Below, in pieces: positions 37,949-47,179 of a stretch of 64,000 nt of DNA. Origin of the DNA: an uncultured Trueperaceae bacterium (lineage in GTDB: Bacteria > Deinococcota > Deinococci > Deinococcales > Trueperaceae); assembly GCA_963727505.1 (NCBI GenBank), contig CAVSGP010000005.1:64001-128000 (forward strand), written 5' to 3'. The notes beneath the pieces are model-generated. The model was not told the origin of the DNA, did not search any database, and saw only the letters and a program-made list of their open reading frames with translations. Made by a program: the position numbers and the translations under genes. Position 1 is the stretch's first letter. Each line of letters starts with the position of its first letter.

Positions 37949-37975
37949 CCCATGTGGGAATTTCTCCCACATGGG
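37949..37975. promoter_or_regulatory. Perfect 11-bp inverted repeat (operator or hairpin)
   Basis: CCCATGTGGGA-atttc-TCCCACATGGG between the ATPase and the response regulator. Confidence 0.6.
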
Positions 37976-38149
37976 CGTCCCGGATGGCCCCGACCGTCCG
38001 AACGCAGCCTGACCGCCATGCTGGAGGCAGGAAACGGCGCGGCCCGCGGCGCACGCGTGCATCCCATCGACGGGTGCGCCGCCGGGCGGCGCCATCGCTC
38101 CCACGAGAGGCAGGGTGCGGGCATGGTCGGCATCAGTGGCAGACTCGGC

Positions 38150-38827
38150 ATGTACGAGCGTCGCGGGCAGGCACCGGCAACGGCGGAGGTTCGCGTGTTG
38201 CTCGGCGCGCCCCAGCTCATGATGCGGCAGGCGTTGTCGGCCGTTCTCGGCGGTCACGCGCGGATGCGCGTCGTGGGCGATGTGGGCAGCGGGAAGGACG
38301 CGCTGCGGTGGGCGCTCGAGGTGCGCCCCGACATCACCCTCCTCGATTCCGGCCTCGGGCCGGTGGACGGTGTCCATGCCGCCTTCGCCATCCACGAAGA
38401 GGATCCGGGCCTCAACCTCGTTCTCCTCGGTGACGGCTACGTCGATTCGAAGGAGAGCGCCGAGCTGGAAGCGATCACGGCCGCGCGCGTGTCGAAGCGC
38501 CTGAGCATGCAGGCCCTGGTCGACGTGCTCGTTCGCGTGTCTCAGGGAGAACGCCCCGGAGACGTGCCGGGGGGGCCGGTCATGGCGCCGCCCCCGGCGC
38601 TGGCGGTGGCCGGTCCTGGCCTGAAGCCCTCCGAGCGCGTGCTGCTCGAACTACTCGTCGACGGCAGCGACAACCGCGTGTTGGCCGAACGCCTCGGGTG
38701 CACCGAGAAGACGGTGCGCAACCGCTTGAGTGACCTCTACGCCAAGCTGAATCTGCGCAACCGCACGCAGGCTGCGCTGTACGCCATCCGCATCGGTCTT
38801 GTCGACCCGTCGAAGGTCGAGGCCTGA
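38150..38827 (+). CDS. NarL/LuxR-family response regulator with atypical receiver (start 38123 or 38150)
   Basis: Receiver 'RPDITLLD'; LuxR HTH 'L.PSER.LL.LL..G..N..LAERL...EKTVRNRLSDLYAKL....RTQA'. Confidence 0.85.
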   Translation: MYERRGQAPATAEVRVLLGAPQLMMRQALSAVLGGHARMRVVGDVGSGKDALRWALEVRPDITLLDSGLGPVDGVHAAFAIHEEDPGLNLVLLGDGYVDSKESAELEAITAARVSKRLSMQALVDVLVRVSQGERPGDVPGGPVMAPPPALAVAGPGLKPSERVLLELLVDGSDNRVLAERLGCTEKTVRNRLSDLYAKLNLRNRTQAALYAIRIGLVDPSKVEA

Positions 38828-38875
38828 CACCCGGGTGGACGGAGCCTAGGCGCCGTTCGGTGGGTGTTCGGACCC

Positions 38876-39796
38876 TCAAACGGGGTTCGGTCGGTGCGCG
38901 GTGTGCTCCCCGGTGGCCCGCCTCGCGGCGGGAAACGCGCGCACGCGGCGCTCGCCGGCGTACACGTTGAAGCGCCGGTCGCGCAGGAAGCCGACCAGCG
39001 TCACGCCGAAGCGCTGCGCGACCTCGACCGCCAGGCTGGAGGGCGCCGAGACCGCCGCGAAGAAGGGAACCCCCGCCGCCACCGCCTTCTGTAGCAGCTC
39101 GTAGCTGGCGCGCCCGCTCACGCACACCAGGTGGTCGGCCAGCGGCAGGCGACCCTGCAGCAGTGCCCAGCCCAGGAGTTTGTCGAGCGCGTTGTGCCGG
39201 CCCACGTCCTCGCGTAGTGCCAGCAACGTCCCGTCGGGGCGGAACAGTCCGGCGGCGTGAAGGCCGCCGGTGCGGCCGAAGACGGCCTGCGCCTCGCGAA
39301 GTCGCTCCGGCAGCGACTCGAGCACCCCTGCCGCAACCACTGGACCAGGCGCCAAGGGCGCCGGGCAGCGCACCTCGAGGGTGTCCAGGTGCGCCTTGCC
39401 GCACACGCCGCAGGCGCTGGTCATGGTGAAGTGCCGCTCGAGCCGTTCCAGTGCCGGCAGCTCGGCGGCGCGAAGCTGCACGTTGACGACGTTGGCGCGC
39501 TCGTCCTCGGGTACCGCGGTGCAGTAGCGGATGCTTCGGAGTTCCTCGCGCGTGTGGACGATGCCTTCGCCGTGCAGGAAGCCGGCGGCCAGCTCGAAGT
39601 CGTTGCCGGGCGTGCGCATGGTTACGGCCACGGTGGTGCCGCCTGCGTACGCGGCGCGCGGCGTGTCGGCGCCGGTCATCAGCCGGATCTCGAGCGGCTC
39701 CTCGGCCGCGACGACATCGCGTTCCGGCATTCGGCGCTCATCGCCCTGCACGCGCGTGACGGCGACGCGTCGGGTCGGCCGGGAGGTCCCCCTCAT
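38876..39796 (-). CDS. fdhD: Formate dehydrogenase accessory sulfurtransferase FdhD
   Basis: 'EEPLEI', 'MRTPG', 'SACGVCG', 'TGGLHAA', 'EDVGRHNALDK', 'SGRAS', 'SAPSS'. Confidence 0.95.
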   Translation of the reverse strand: MRGTSRPTRRVAVTRVQGDERRMPERDVVAAEEPLEIRLMTGADTPRAAYAGGTTVAVTMRTPGNDFELAAGFLHGEGIVHTREELRSIRYCTAVPEDERANVVNVQLRAAELPALERLERHFTMTSACGVCGKAHLDTLEVRCPAPLAPGPVVAAGVLESLPERLREAQAVFGRTGGLHAAGLFRPDGTLLALREDVGRHNALDKLLGWALLQGRLPLADHLVCVSGRASYELLQKAVAAGVPFFAAVSAPSSLAVEVAQRFGVTLVGFLRDRRFNVYAGERRVRAFPAARRATGEHTAHRPNPV

Positions 39797-42099
39797 ACCC
39801 GGGGCACGGAGGCGGCCGCCTCCGACTCGCCGGCCACCGCCTGAGCGGTCCCGGCGCGTTCGATGCGAGCGGTGGCGTCCTTGTAGGCGGGGATCTGCGC
39901 GTTGGGGGAGCGTGCGCCGGGGTCGACCAGCACGTTCGCCTCGGGCCAGTGGAGCTGCACCGAGCCGGGGGCCACATCGGCGGTGAAGAGCCGGCCTCGG
40001 AAGGCGCCGTGCTCGTTCTCCACCACCACGGCCTGGCCGCCGCCGATGCCGAGGCGCGCGGCGTCGTCAGGGTGAACGATGACGGCGTCGCGTGGCAACC
40101 GGTTCATGGGGTCGATGTCCTCGTGGACGATGCTGTTGAACTGCTTTCCGCGCCGGGTGATGACCACGAAAGCGCCGTCGTCGCGACGCAGCTCGGGCGG
40201 GGCGGCTGCCAGGAAGCGCGCCCTGCCGCTCGGAGTCGGGAAGGTCCAGCCTTCGCACAGCCGCGGCCCGCCGTACTGGACCTGATCGCCCTTCTTGGCG
40301 AGGGTCTGGATGCCGTCGTACATCGGGATCACGCGCGCGATCTCGTTGCGGATGGCGGGCGTGCCCGAGAAGCGGACCTTCTCGGCCAGCCCCGGCCGGG
40401 CACGGGCCACGATCTCGGAGAGCACCTCCCATTCGGGACGGGCCTCGGCGATGCGCGGACCCGGGATCTCGGGACTGAAGACGATGCGGCGCTCGGTGGA
40501 GGTCTCGGTCACCCCGCCGGGCATCTCGTAGCGGGTGGTGGCGGGCAGCAGCAGAACGGTGTCGGCGGGGTCCTGCAGCATCTGGCTGCTCGGCACGATG
40601 TCGAGGTGTACGCGCAGGCCGATCCGGTCGAGCGCGTCGTCGACCCCGGTCGGTCCCGGCATGACCTCGCGAAAGTTGCCGCCGACCGCCATCAGCACGT
40701 CGATCTCGCCGCGTCGCGCCGCCTCCAACATCTCGGGAGTGGTGAGCCCCTTGCCGGTCGGCACCTCGAAACCGTACAGCGCAGAGAGCTCGGCGGCGTG
40801 CTCGGTGTCGGCGGGGCGGCCGCCCGGCAGGACCGTGGCGTAGGCGCCCATCTCGGCACCGCCCTGCACGCCGGAGTGGCCGCGGATCGGCATGAGGCCG
40901 CAGCCCTCGCGCCCCACGAAGCCCTTGGAGAGGGCCACGTCGATGATGGCGCGCACGTTCTCCTCGCCGAAGGCGTGCTGGGTGATGCCCATGCCCCACA
41001 CGAACACCGCGCGGCGCGCCTGGCCGAGGAGCTCCGCGTAGCTCTCCATGGCGGCGCGCGAGACCCCGCTGGCGCTCTCCAGCGCCTCCCAGGAGAGGCC
41101 GTCGAGCACCGCGACCAGCTCCTCGAAGCCCTCGGTGTGCTCGTCGATGAAGGCGCGATCGACGCTTCCCGCCCGGATCATCGCCTTGAGCGTGCCACGC
41201 AGGAAGGCCTGATCGCCGCCCGGCGCGATGCGGAAGAAGTGGTCGCTGATGCGGGTGCCGAAGAGCGCGCTCTCCACGTCTGAAGGCACCCAGTAGCGGT
41301 CCATGCCCGGCTCGACGTAGGGGTTGACGGTCACCACCTTCGTACCCGCCCTCTTGGCGTGGTAGAGGTACTTCATCACCACGGGCTGGTTCTTGGAGAC
41401 GTTGGAGCCGAGGAAGGTCACCACGTCGGTGCCGATCAGGTCGGTGTAGGAAACGGTCGTGGCGGCGACGCCCAGGCCCGCCTTGAGCCCCACCGTGCTG
41501 GGGGAGTGGCACACGCGGGCAGCGTTGTCGACGTTGTTGGTGCCGAGCGCGCGCATCGCCTTCTGTGCAACGTAGTAGGTCTCGTTGGGGATGCCGCGGC
41601 TGGTCAGGTAGAGGTAGGCACGATCCGGCTCGGTGGCGCGCAGGCGCTCGGCGACGAGGTCGATCGCATCGTGCCAGGCGATGCGCGTGAAGCCGGGCTC
41701 GCCGCGGCGGCGGATCATCGGGTGGGGGAGCCGCCCCAGCGCGCGCAGCTCCCGCGAACGCAGCCCCTTGAGCTTCGACACGTCGGCCAGGCGGCTCGGG
41801 TCGAGCGGACCCATGGTGTTGAGGCGCAGCAGGCGCAGCCGCACGTTGCACAGGTGCACCCCGTCGATGGTCCAATCGCTCATGCCGCTGGTGCCCAGGG
41901 CACACCCGTCGCACACGCCGTCTTGCAGGATGCGCCAGGCGTAGCCGGCGGCGTCGCGGTTCTCCCACGCGGCCCTGAACACCTCCTGGAAGTTCTCGGT
42001 GTGCGCCAGCGGCACGCTGGTGGCCCAGGTGGACGCGTCCCAACCCTTCTTTCTGGGCGGACGAACGGAACGCTTCGGTCGGCTGCTCATGAAAGGCAT
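39793..42099 (-). CDS. FdhF/YdeP family molybdopterin oxidoreductase
   Basis: 'CDGCALG', 'DNAARVCH', 'GITQH', 'PIRGHSGVQG', 'TRRGKQFNS'. Confidence 0.92.
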   Translation of the reverse strand: MPFMSSRPKRSVRPPRKKGWDASTWATSVPLAHTENFQEVFRAAWENRDAAGYAWRILQDGVCDGCALGTSGMSDWTIDGVHLCNVRLRLLRLNTMGPLDPSRLADVSKLKGLRSRELRALGRLPHPMIRRRGEPGFTRIAWHDAIDLVAERLRATEPDRAYLYLTSRGIPNETYYVAQKAMRALGTNNVDNAARVCHSPSTVGLKAGLGVAATTVSYTDLIGTDVVTFLGSNVSKNQPVVMKYLYHAKRAGTKVVTVNPYVEPGMDRYWVPSDVESALFGTRISDHFFRIAPGGDQAFLRGTLKAMIRAGSVDRAFIDEHTEGFEELVAVLDGLSWEALESASGVSRAAMESYAELLGQARRAVFVWGMGITQHAFGEENVRAIIDVALSKGFVGREGCGLMPIRGHSGVQGGAEMGAYATVLPGGRPADTEHAAELSALYGFEVPTGKGLTTPEMLEAARRGEIDVLMAVGGNFREVMPGPTGVDDALDRIGLRVHLDIVPSSQMLQDPADTVLLLPATTRYEMPGGVTETSTERRIVFSPEIPGPRIAEARPEWEVLSEIVARARPGLAEKVRFSGTPAIRNEIARVIPMYDGIQTLAKKGDQVQYGGPRLCEGWTFPTPSGRARFLAAAPPELRRDDGAFVVITRRGKQFNSIVHEDIDPMNRLPRDAVIVHPDDAARLGIGGGQAVVVENEHGAFRGRLFTADVAPGSVQLHWPEANVLVDPGARSPNAQIPAYKDATARIERAGTAQAVAGESEAAASVPRV

Positions 42100-42307
42100 A
42101 GCTCGCGCTCCTCCCCTGCGAGGTATACGCGCGGCCGGATGCAGCCGGCACGACCCCCACGGACGTTTCGGTTGGCGCCACTATAGGCCCGCGTTCCATG
42201 CGAGCGATGAGTGCACCGCGACGTCATGCCGCCGGCGGGCACTCGCGGGGCGGGGGAGCGCTAGGCTGAAGGCGGGAGGTCCCGCGAGCGTAAGCAGCTT
42301 CGCCTGG

Positions 42308-42874
42308 ATGAAGGTGCTCGAGTCGGCGGCGGTAGGTGTGGGGGTGGCGGTCGCGGCGTTGTACGCCGCGACGCCGTGGCTGCGACCGACGGGCCGATGG
42401 CGCTGGCCGTTGTTCGGCGCGTTCGGGGTGCTAGGCGCGGCGGTCGGGGCGAGCGCTGTGCTGCTGCAGCGAGCGATCGGCGGAGCCGAGCTGGCCTGGA
42501 TCGCGGCGGCGCCGCTGATGACGGTCGGCTTGCTGGGGCTCGACTTCGAAGGCGCGACCCCCTGGTACGCCAGCGCCCTGTCCGAGGTCGGTCGCGCCGA
42601 GATCGAGCTGTTGGACGAGCGATGCAGCGGCGCTGCAGTTTGCGTGCAGGTGTGCCCGCGCGGGGTGCTGGGTATGGACGGCCGACGCCGCAAGGTCGTC
42701 ATCCGGGAACCCGAAGCCTGCATCTGCTGCGCGGCGTGCATCGTGCAGTGCCCCGAGGACGCGCTGCGCTTCCGTTTCCCGGACGGAAGAGTGGCCGAGG
42801 CTTCGGTGCTGCGGCGCACCCGCTTGAACCTGCTCGGCAAGCGCACCGTCGAGCTGCGTGACCCGGAGGCGTAG
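42308..42874 (+). CDS. Membrane-anchored dicluster ferredoxin resembling the C-terminal half of fused HgcAB-like proteins
   Basis: Three hydrophobic helices, 'DFEGATPWY', then 'CSGAAVCVQVCP' and 'CICCAACIVQCP'. Confidence 0.7.
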   Translation: MKVLESAAVGVGVAVAALYAATPWLRPTGRWRWPLFGAFGVLGAAVGASAVLLQRAIGGAELAWIAAAPLMTVGLLGLDFEGATPWYASALSEVGRAEIELLDERCSGAAVCVQVCPRGVLGMDGRRRKVVIREPEACICCAACIVQCPEDALRFRFPDGRVAEASVLRRTRLNLLGKRTVELRDPEA

Positions 42875-42928
42875 ACACCCTTCCCGGACCGAGCTGGAAG
42901 ACGTGCGCGGTGGAGCGGTGGGGGTGCC

Positions 42929-42961
42929 GTAACGCTCCAGTAACGGTCGGTTGCCTACACT
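42929..42961 (+). promoter_or_regulatory. GTAACG direct repeat (11-bp period) and TACACT -10 candidate
   Basis: GTAACG at 42929 and 42940; TACACT 42956-42961; RBS AAGGAGGT downstream. Confidence 0.5.
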
Positions 42962-42986
42962 CCTTCGCGACGAAGGAGGTAGGGCC

Positions 42987-44246
42987 ATGCGAACGAGGGC
43001 TCGAGCGATCGGTCTGGTCCTGGTAGGTCTCTTGGGGCCGTTGCTGCTGGTGGCGTGCGGGGGCGGCACCTCCACGACGTCGACGACGCCTCCGACAAGC
43101 CCGCCGGCGGCGCCCGCGACGGCGAGCATCGGTCCCGCGGGCGGCACGCTCACGTCGGCCGACGGCGTGGTGACCTTGAAGGTTCCCAAGGGCGCGCTCA
43201 CTCAGACCGTCACCCTTGGCATCGCGCCGGCGACGAAGGCCCCTTCCGGGGCGGTGCTGGCCTACGAGCTGACGCCGTCGGGTACGGTCTTCGCCGTTCC
43301 CGCCACGCTGACGGTCGACACCAGCGCGCTGAGCTTGCCCACGGGCACTACCGAGGCGGACGTGCGCATCGAGACCGCCTCGAGCGGCGCCTGGAAGGGC
43401 CTGTACACCACGCTCGACAGCGCCAAGCACACTGCCAGCGCGTCGCTGGCGCACCTGAGCACCTACGGGGTAGTGGCGCTGGGGCTGTCGAGCCAGCTTG
43501 TGCTGGGGTGGACCAGCGGCGATCCCATGGCCTCCGTCTACCTCGATGACGCGACCTCGGGCATGCATGAACAGGTGACCGTGGCGCAGCCCGTATCTGG
43601 CGAGGGGCCGCCGACGTCCGCGAAGGTTCCGGCCGCGCCGGGCTGCTTCATGTGGGACTGGTTGCATGCCCTGGACTATTACGATGTCAGCGGCACCCAC
43701 GCGTGGGTCGCGAGTGGTAGCTATCCCACCGCTCCCGTCGCCACGGCCAGCGATGCCTTCGCCATCTCCGGTTCGGGCGCGGACTTCACCATCACGTCCT
43801 TGTTGAAGGGCGACGCGGGTAGGGGCAGTGCCGTGGCGGGTACCTACGGCGGCACGTATTCGGACATCTACCCCAACATCATCGCAACGATCCAGAACCC
43901 GAGTGGAGCCGCCCGCACGATCACGCTGCGCTGGACGTCGCACGCCGCGTACAACGGCACGATCATGGGGACCACCTACACTGGCGGTGCCGATGTCGAG
44001 ATCGACTACGTCGCTGCAGACGGCACCACCTGCCTGCTCGGCTCCCAGCGCCCTTCGCCGCATCTATACGCGGCGAAAGTCAACACCGCCACCACCAATA
44101 CCCTGACCTATGCCGTCCCGGCCGGTGCTGCGACGATCTGGGTCAATGTCGAGAAGGCGACCGACATCCACATCCCCTTGGACATCTACCGGACGACCGA
44201 CCTGGTGGCCACCCTGGGCGAGGAGCTGCGCGTCCAGGTCGAGTGA
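42987..44246 (+). CDS. Thr-rich lipoprotein with ZU5-like N-domain and unassigned beta-rich C-terminal region
   Basis: Lipobox 'LVAC'; 'IGPAGGTL...LKVPKGAL...YELTPSG..F..P.TL...HLSTY'. Confidence 0.75.
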   Translation: MRTRARAIGLVLVGLLGPLLLVACGGGTSTTSTTPPTSPPAAPATASIGPAGGTLTSADGVVTLKVPKGALTQTVTLGIAPATKAPSGAVLAYELTPSGTVFAVPATLTVDTSALSLPTGTTEADVRIETASSGAWKGLYTTLDSAKHTASASLAHLSTYGVVALGLSSQLVLGWTSGDPMASVYLDDATSGMHEQVTVAQPVSGEGPPTSAKVPAAPGCFMWDWLHALDYYDVSGTHAWVASGSYPTAPVATASDAFAISGSGADFTITSLLKGDAGRGSAVAGTYGGTYSDIYPNIIATIQNPSGAARTITLRWTSHAAYNGTIMGTTYTGGADVEIDYVAADGTTCLLGSQRPSPHLYAAKVNTATTNTLTYAVPAGAATIWVNVEKATDIHIPLDIYRTTDLVATLGEELRVQVE

Positions 44247-44340
44247 GCGCGGCAGGTAGGGTGCGGGCCCCGGCAGCGGACCACGCGTTGCCGGGGCGCT
44301 CCCGTTCGGCGCGGGCTGCCGCGGAGGGGCGCCAGCCCGC

Positions 44341-44897
44341 CTACACCGGTTGCGCCTGCTCGACCGCAGCCAGTGCCGCTCCCCGCTCGAGTGCCCGCAG
44401 GTTCACCCCCAGAAGGTCGCGTCGGCGCTCGGGGATGACGTGCTCGAGCGTGGCCTGCACCTGTTTCAGGTCCAGCACCGGCAGCCGCGCCAGCAGCGCG
44501 CCGACCAGCACCAGGTTGGTGACCCGCTTCTCGCCGAGCGCCTGCGCGGTGTCGTCGCCCGGTACCAGCAGAGCCGTGAGGTCGGTGCGGCCGGGCCGCT
44601 TGTCCACGATGGAGCTGTTCACCACCAGCACCCCGCCCGTCTTGACCAGGGGCTCGTAGCGTTCCAGCGACGGCAAGTTCAACACGATGGCGGCGCGCGG
44701 GTTGCGCACCACCGGCGAGCCGATGGGCGCGTCGGAAACGATGGTCGTGCAGTGCGCGGTGCCACCGCGCATCTCGGGGCCGTAGGAGGGGAACCAGGTG
44801 GTGTGCAGGCCGGCGTCGAGCGCTGCGTAGGCCAGCAGCTGGCCCGCGAACAGCGCGCCCTGTCCGCCGAAGCCGGAGATGACGATCTCGGTCTGCA

Positions 44898-44898
<1 letters not shown>
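44341..44898 (-). CDS. 2-oxoacid:ferredoxin oxidoreductase gamma subunit
   Basis: 'SGFGGQG', '[12 protein letters not shown]', 'NLVLVGA'. Confidence 0.92.
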
Positions 44899-45706
<808 letters not shown>

Positions 45707-45710
<4 letters not shown>

Positions 45711-46789
45711 GCCACCGCCTCCTCGGGATGGAGCTCTCGCTGCAGGTCCCGGATGGCGCCCAGGACCTCGACGGGCATCGGTACCACGCCGCCGGTGCGC
45801 CCGAAGAAGTGGATCGGCACGCGCTCGCGGGTGGCGCGCCGGACGTCGGTCAGCATCTGCCCGGCGTTCATCTCGACCACCAGGATGGCGTCGACCTCCT
45901 CGGCGAGGCGCCGCAGGCGCTCCTCGGGGAAGGGGAAGAGCGTGACCGGCCGCAACAGACCGACCTTCACGCCCTCGGCGCGGGCAGCTTCGATGGCCGT
46001 GAGCGACAGCCGGCCGGCGGTGCCGAAGGCGACGACCGCGATGCGGGCGTCCTCGAGGTACGTCTCGTCGAAGCGCACCTCGTTCCGCTCGATCTCGCGG
46101 TAGCTGGCCTGCAGCTCCTGGTTGTAGGCCTCTTCCTCCTCGGGGTCGAGGTAGATGGAGGTGAGGGCGTGGGGCTCCCGGCCGCTGGCGCCGGTCAACG
46201 CCCAGTCCGGGCGCTGCTCGATGGGGCGGGGCTCGGTCATCGGCGGCAGCTCGGCGGGCTCCATCATCTGGCCGAGGCTGCCGTCGGCCAGGACCACGGT
46301 GACGCACCGATAGCGCTCGGACAGGTCGAAGGCCAGGACCGTGAGGTCGATGAGCTCCTGTACCGTGGCAGGCGCCAGCACGATCATGTGCATGTCGCCG
46401 TGGGGGCCGCCCTTGACCATCTGGTTGTAGTCGCTCTGCGCCGGGGCGATGTTGCCGAGGCCGGGCCCGCCGCGCATGATGTCGACGAGGACCACCGGGA
46501 CGCGCGAGCCGGCGATGTAGGACAGGCCCTCCATCATCAGGCTGACGCCGGGGCTGGACGACGAGGTCATGACCCGCACGCCGGCGGTGGCGGCGCCGTA
46601 GACCATGTTGATGGCGGCCACCTCGCTCTCGGCCTGCACGAAGGTGCGGCCCAGCTCGGGCATGCGCCTGGCCATGTGCTCGAGCGCCTCGGTCTGCGGC
46701 GTGATGGGGTAGCCGAAGTAGGCCTCACAGCCGGCGCGGATCGCCGCCTCGGCGAAGGCGACGTTGCCCTTGAGCAGCTGCCGGGCCAT
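45707..46789 (-). CDS. 2-oxoacid:ferredoxin oxidoreductase alpha subunit (VorB-like)
   Basis: 'GYPITPQ', 'QAESE', 'SSSPG', 'RGGPGLG', 'EMNAGQ'. Confidence 0.93.
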
Positions 46790-47013
46790 CAGGCGGCCGC
46801 CCGCTCGCGGTAGACGGTGAAGGCGGCTTCGGGGCAGATCACGGAGCACAGCTCACAACCGGTGCACAGGCCGTCGGGGTCGGTCAGCTCCACCGGGTGG
46901 TAACCGTGCGCGCTGAAGCGCGTGGTGAGCGCGAGCAGACCCTTGGGGCACACCCCGGTGCAGAGCCCGCACCCCTTGCACAACGATTCGTCGACGGTAA
47001 CGGTCCCCTTCAT
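46789..47013 (-). CDS. 2x[4Fe-4S] ferredoxin (delta subunit of the oxidoreductase)
   Basis: '[12 protein letters not shown]' and '[12 protein letters not shown]'; RBS AAGGAGG. Confidence 0.92.
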   Translation of the reverse strand: MKGTVTVDESLCKGCGLCTGVCPKGLLALTTRFSAHGYHPVELTDPDGLCTGCELCSVICPEAAFTVYRERAAA

Positions 47014-47179
47014 GGGTCCCTCCTTGCTTGTCCGTTGCTTCACGGTAGCTCCGGCGGAGTGGGCCTTTTGTCCCTCCCCGGTACAACACACCGCTCGCGT
47101 GCGGGCCCGAGCGCCCCCGCATGCGCACTCTCCGGGAACGGGCCGCGCGAGCCGCGGTATGCGCGGCGGCGCCGTCCGC

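Noticed and set aside
35475..38054. Long antisense or off-frame ORFs (also 5527-7812, 28086-30392, 40067-42199, 60440-62701)
   Set aside because: They lie over well-supported genes, have no recognisable motifs and are expected in high-GC DNA with few stop codons.
42308..42874. Functional mercury methylation genes hgcAB
   Set aside because: No corrinoid-binding domain or N(V/I)WCA motif, and no C-terminal Cys tail typical of HgcB.
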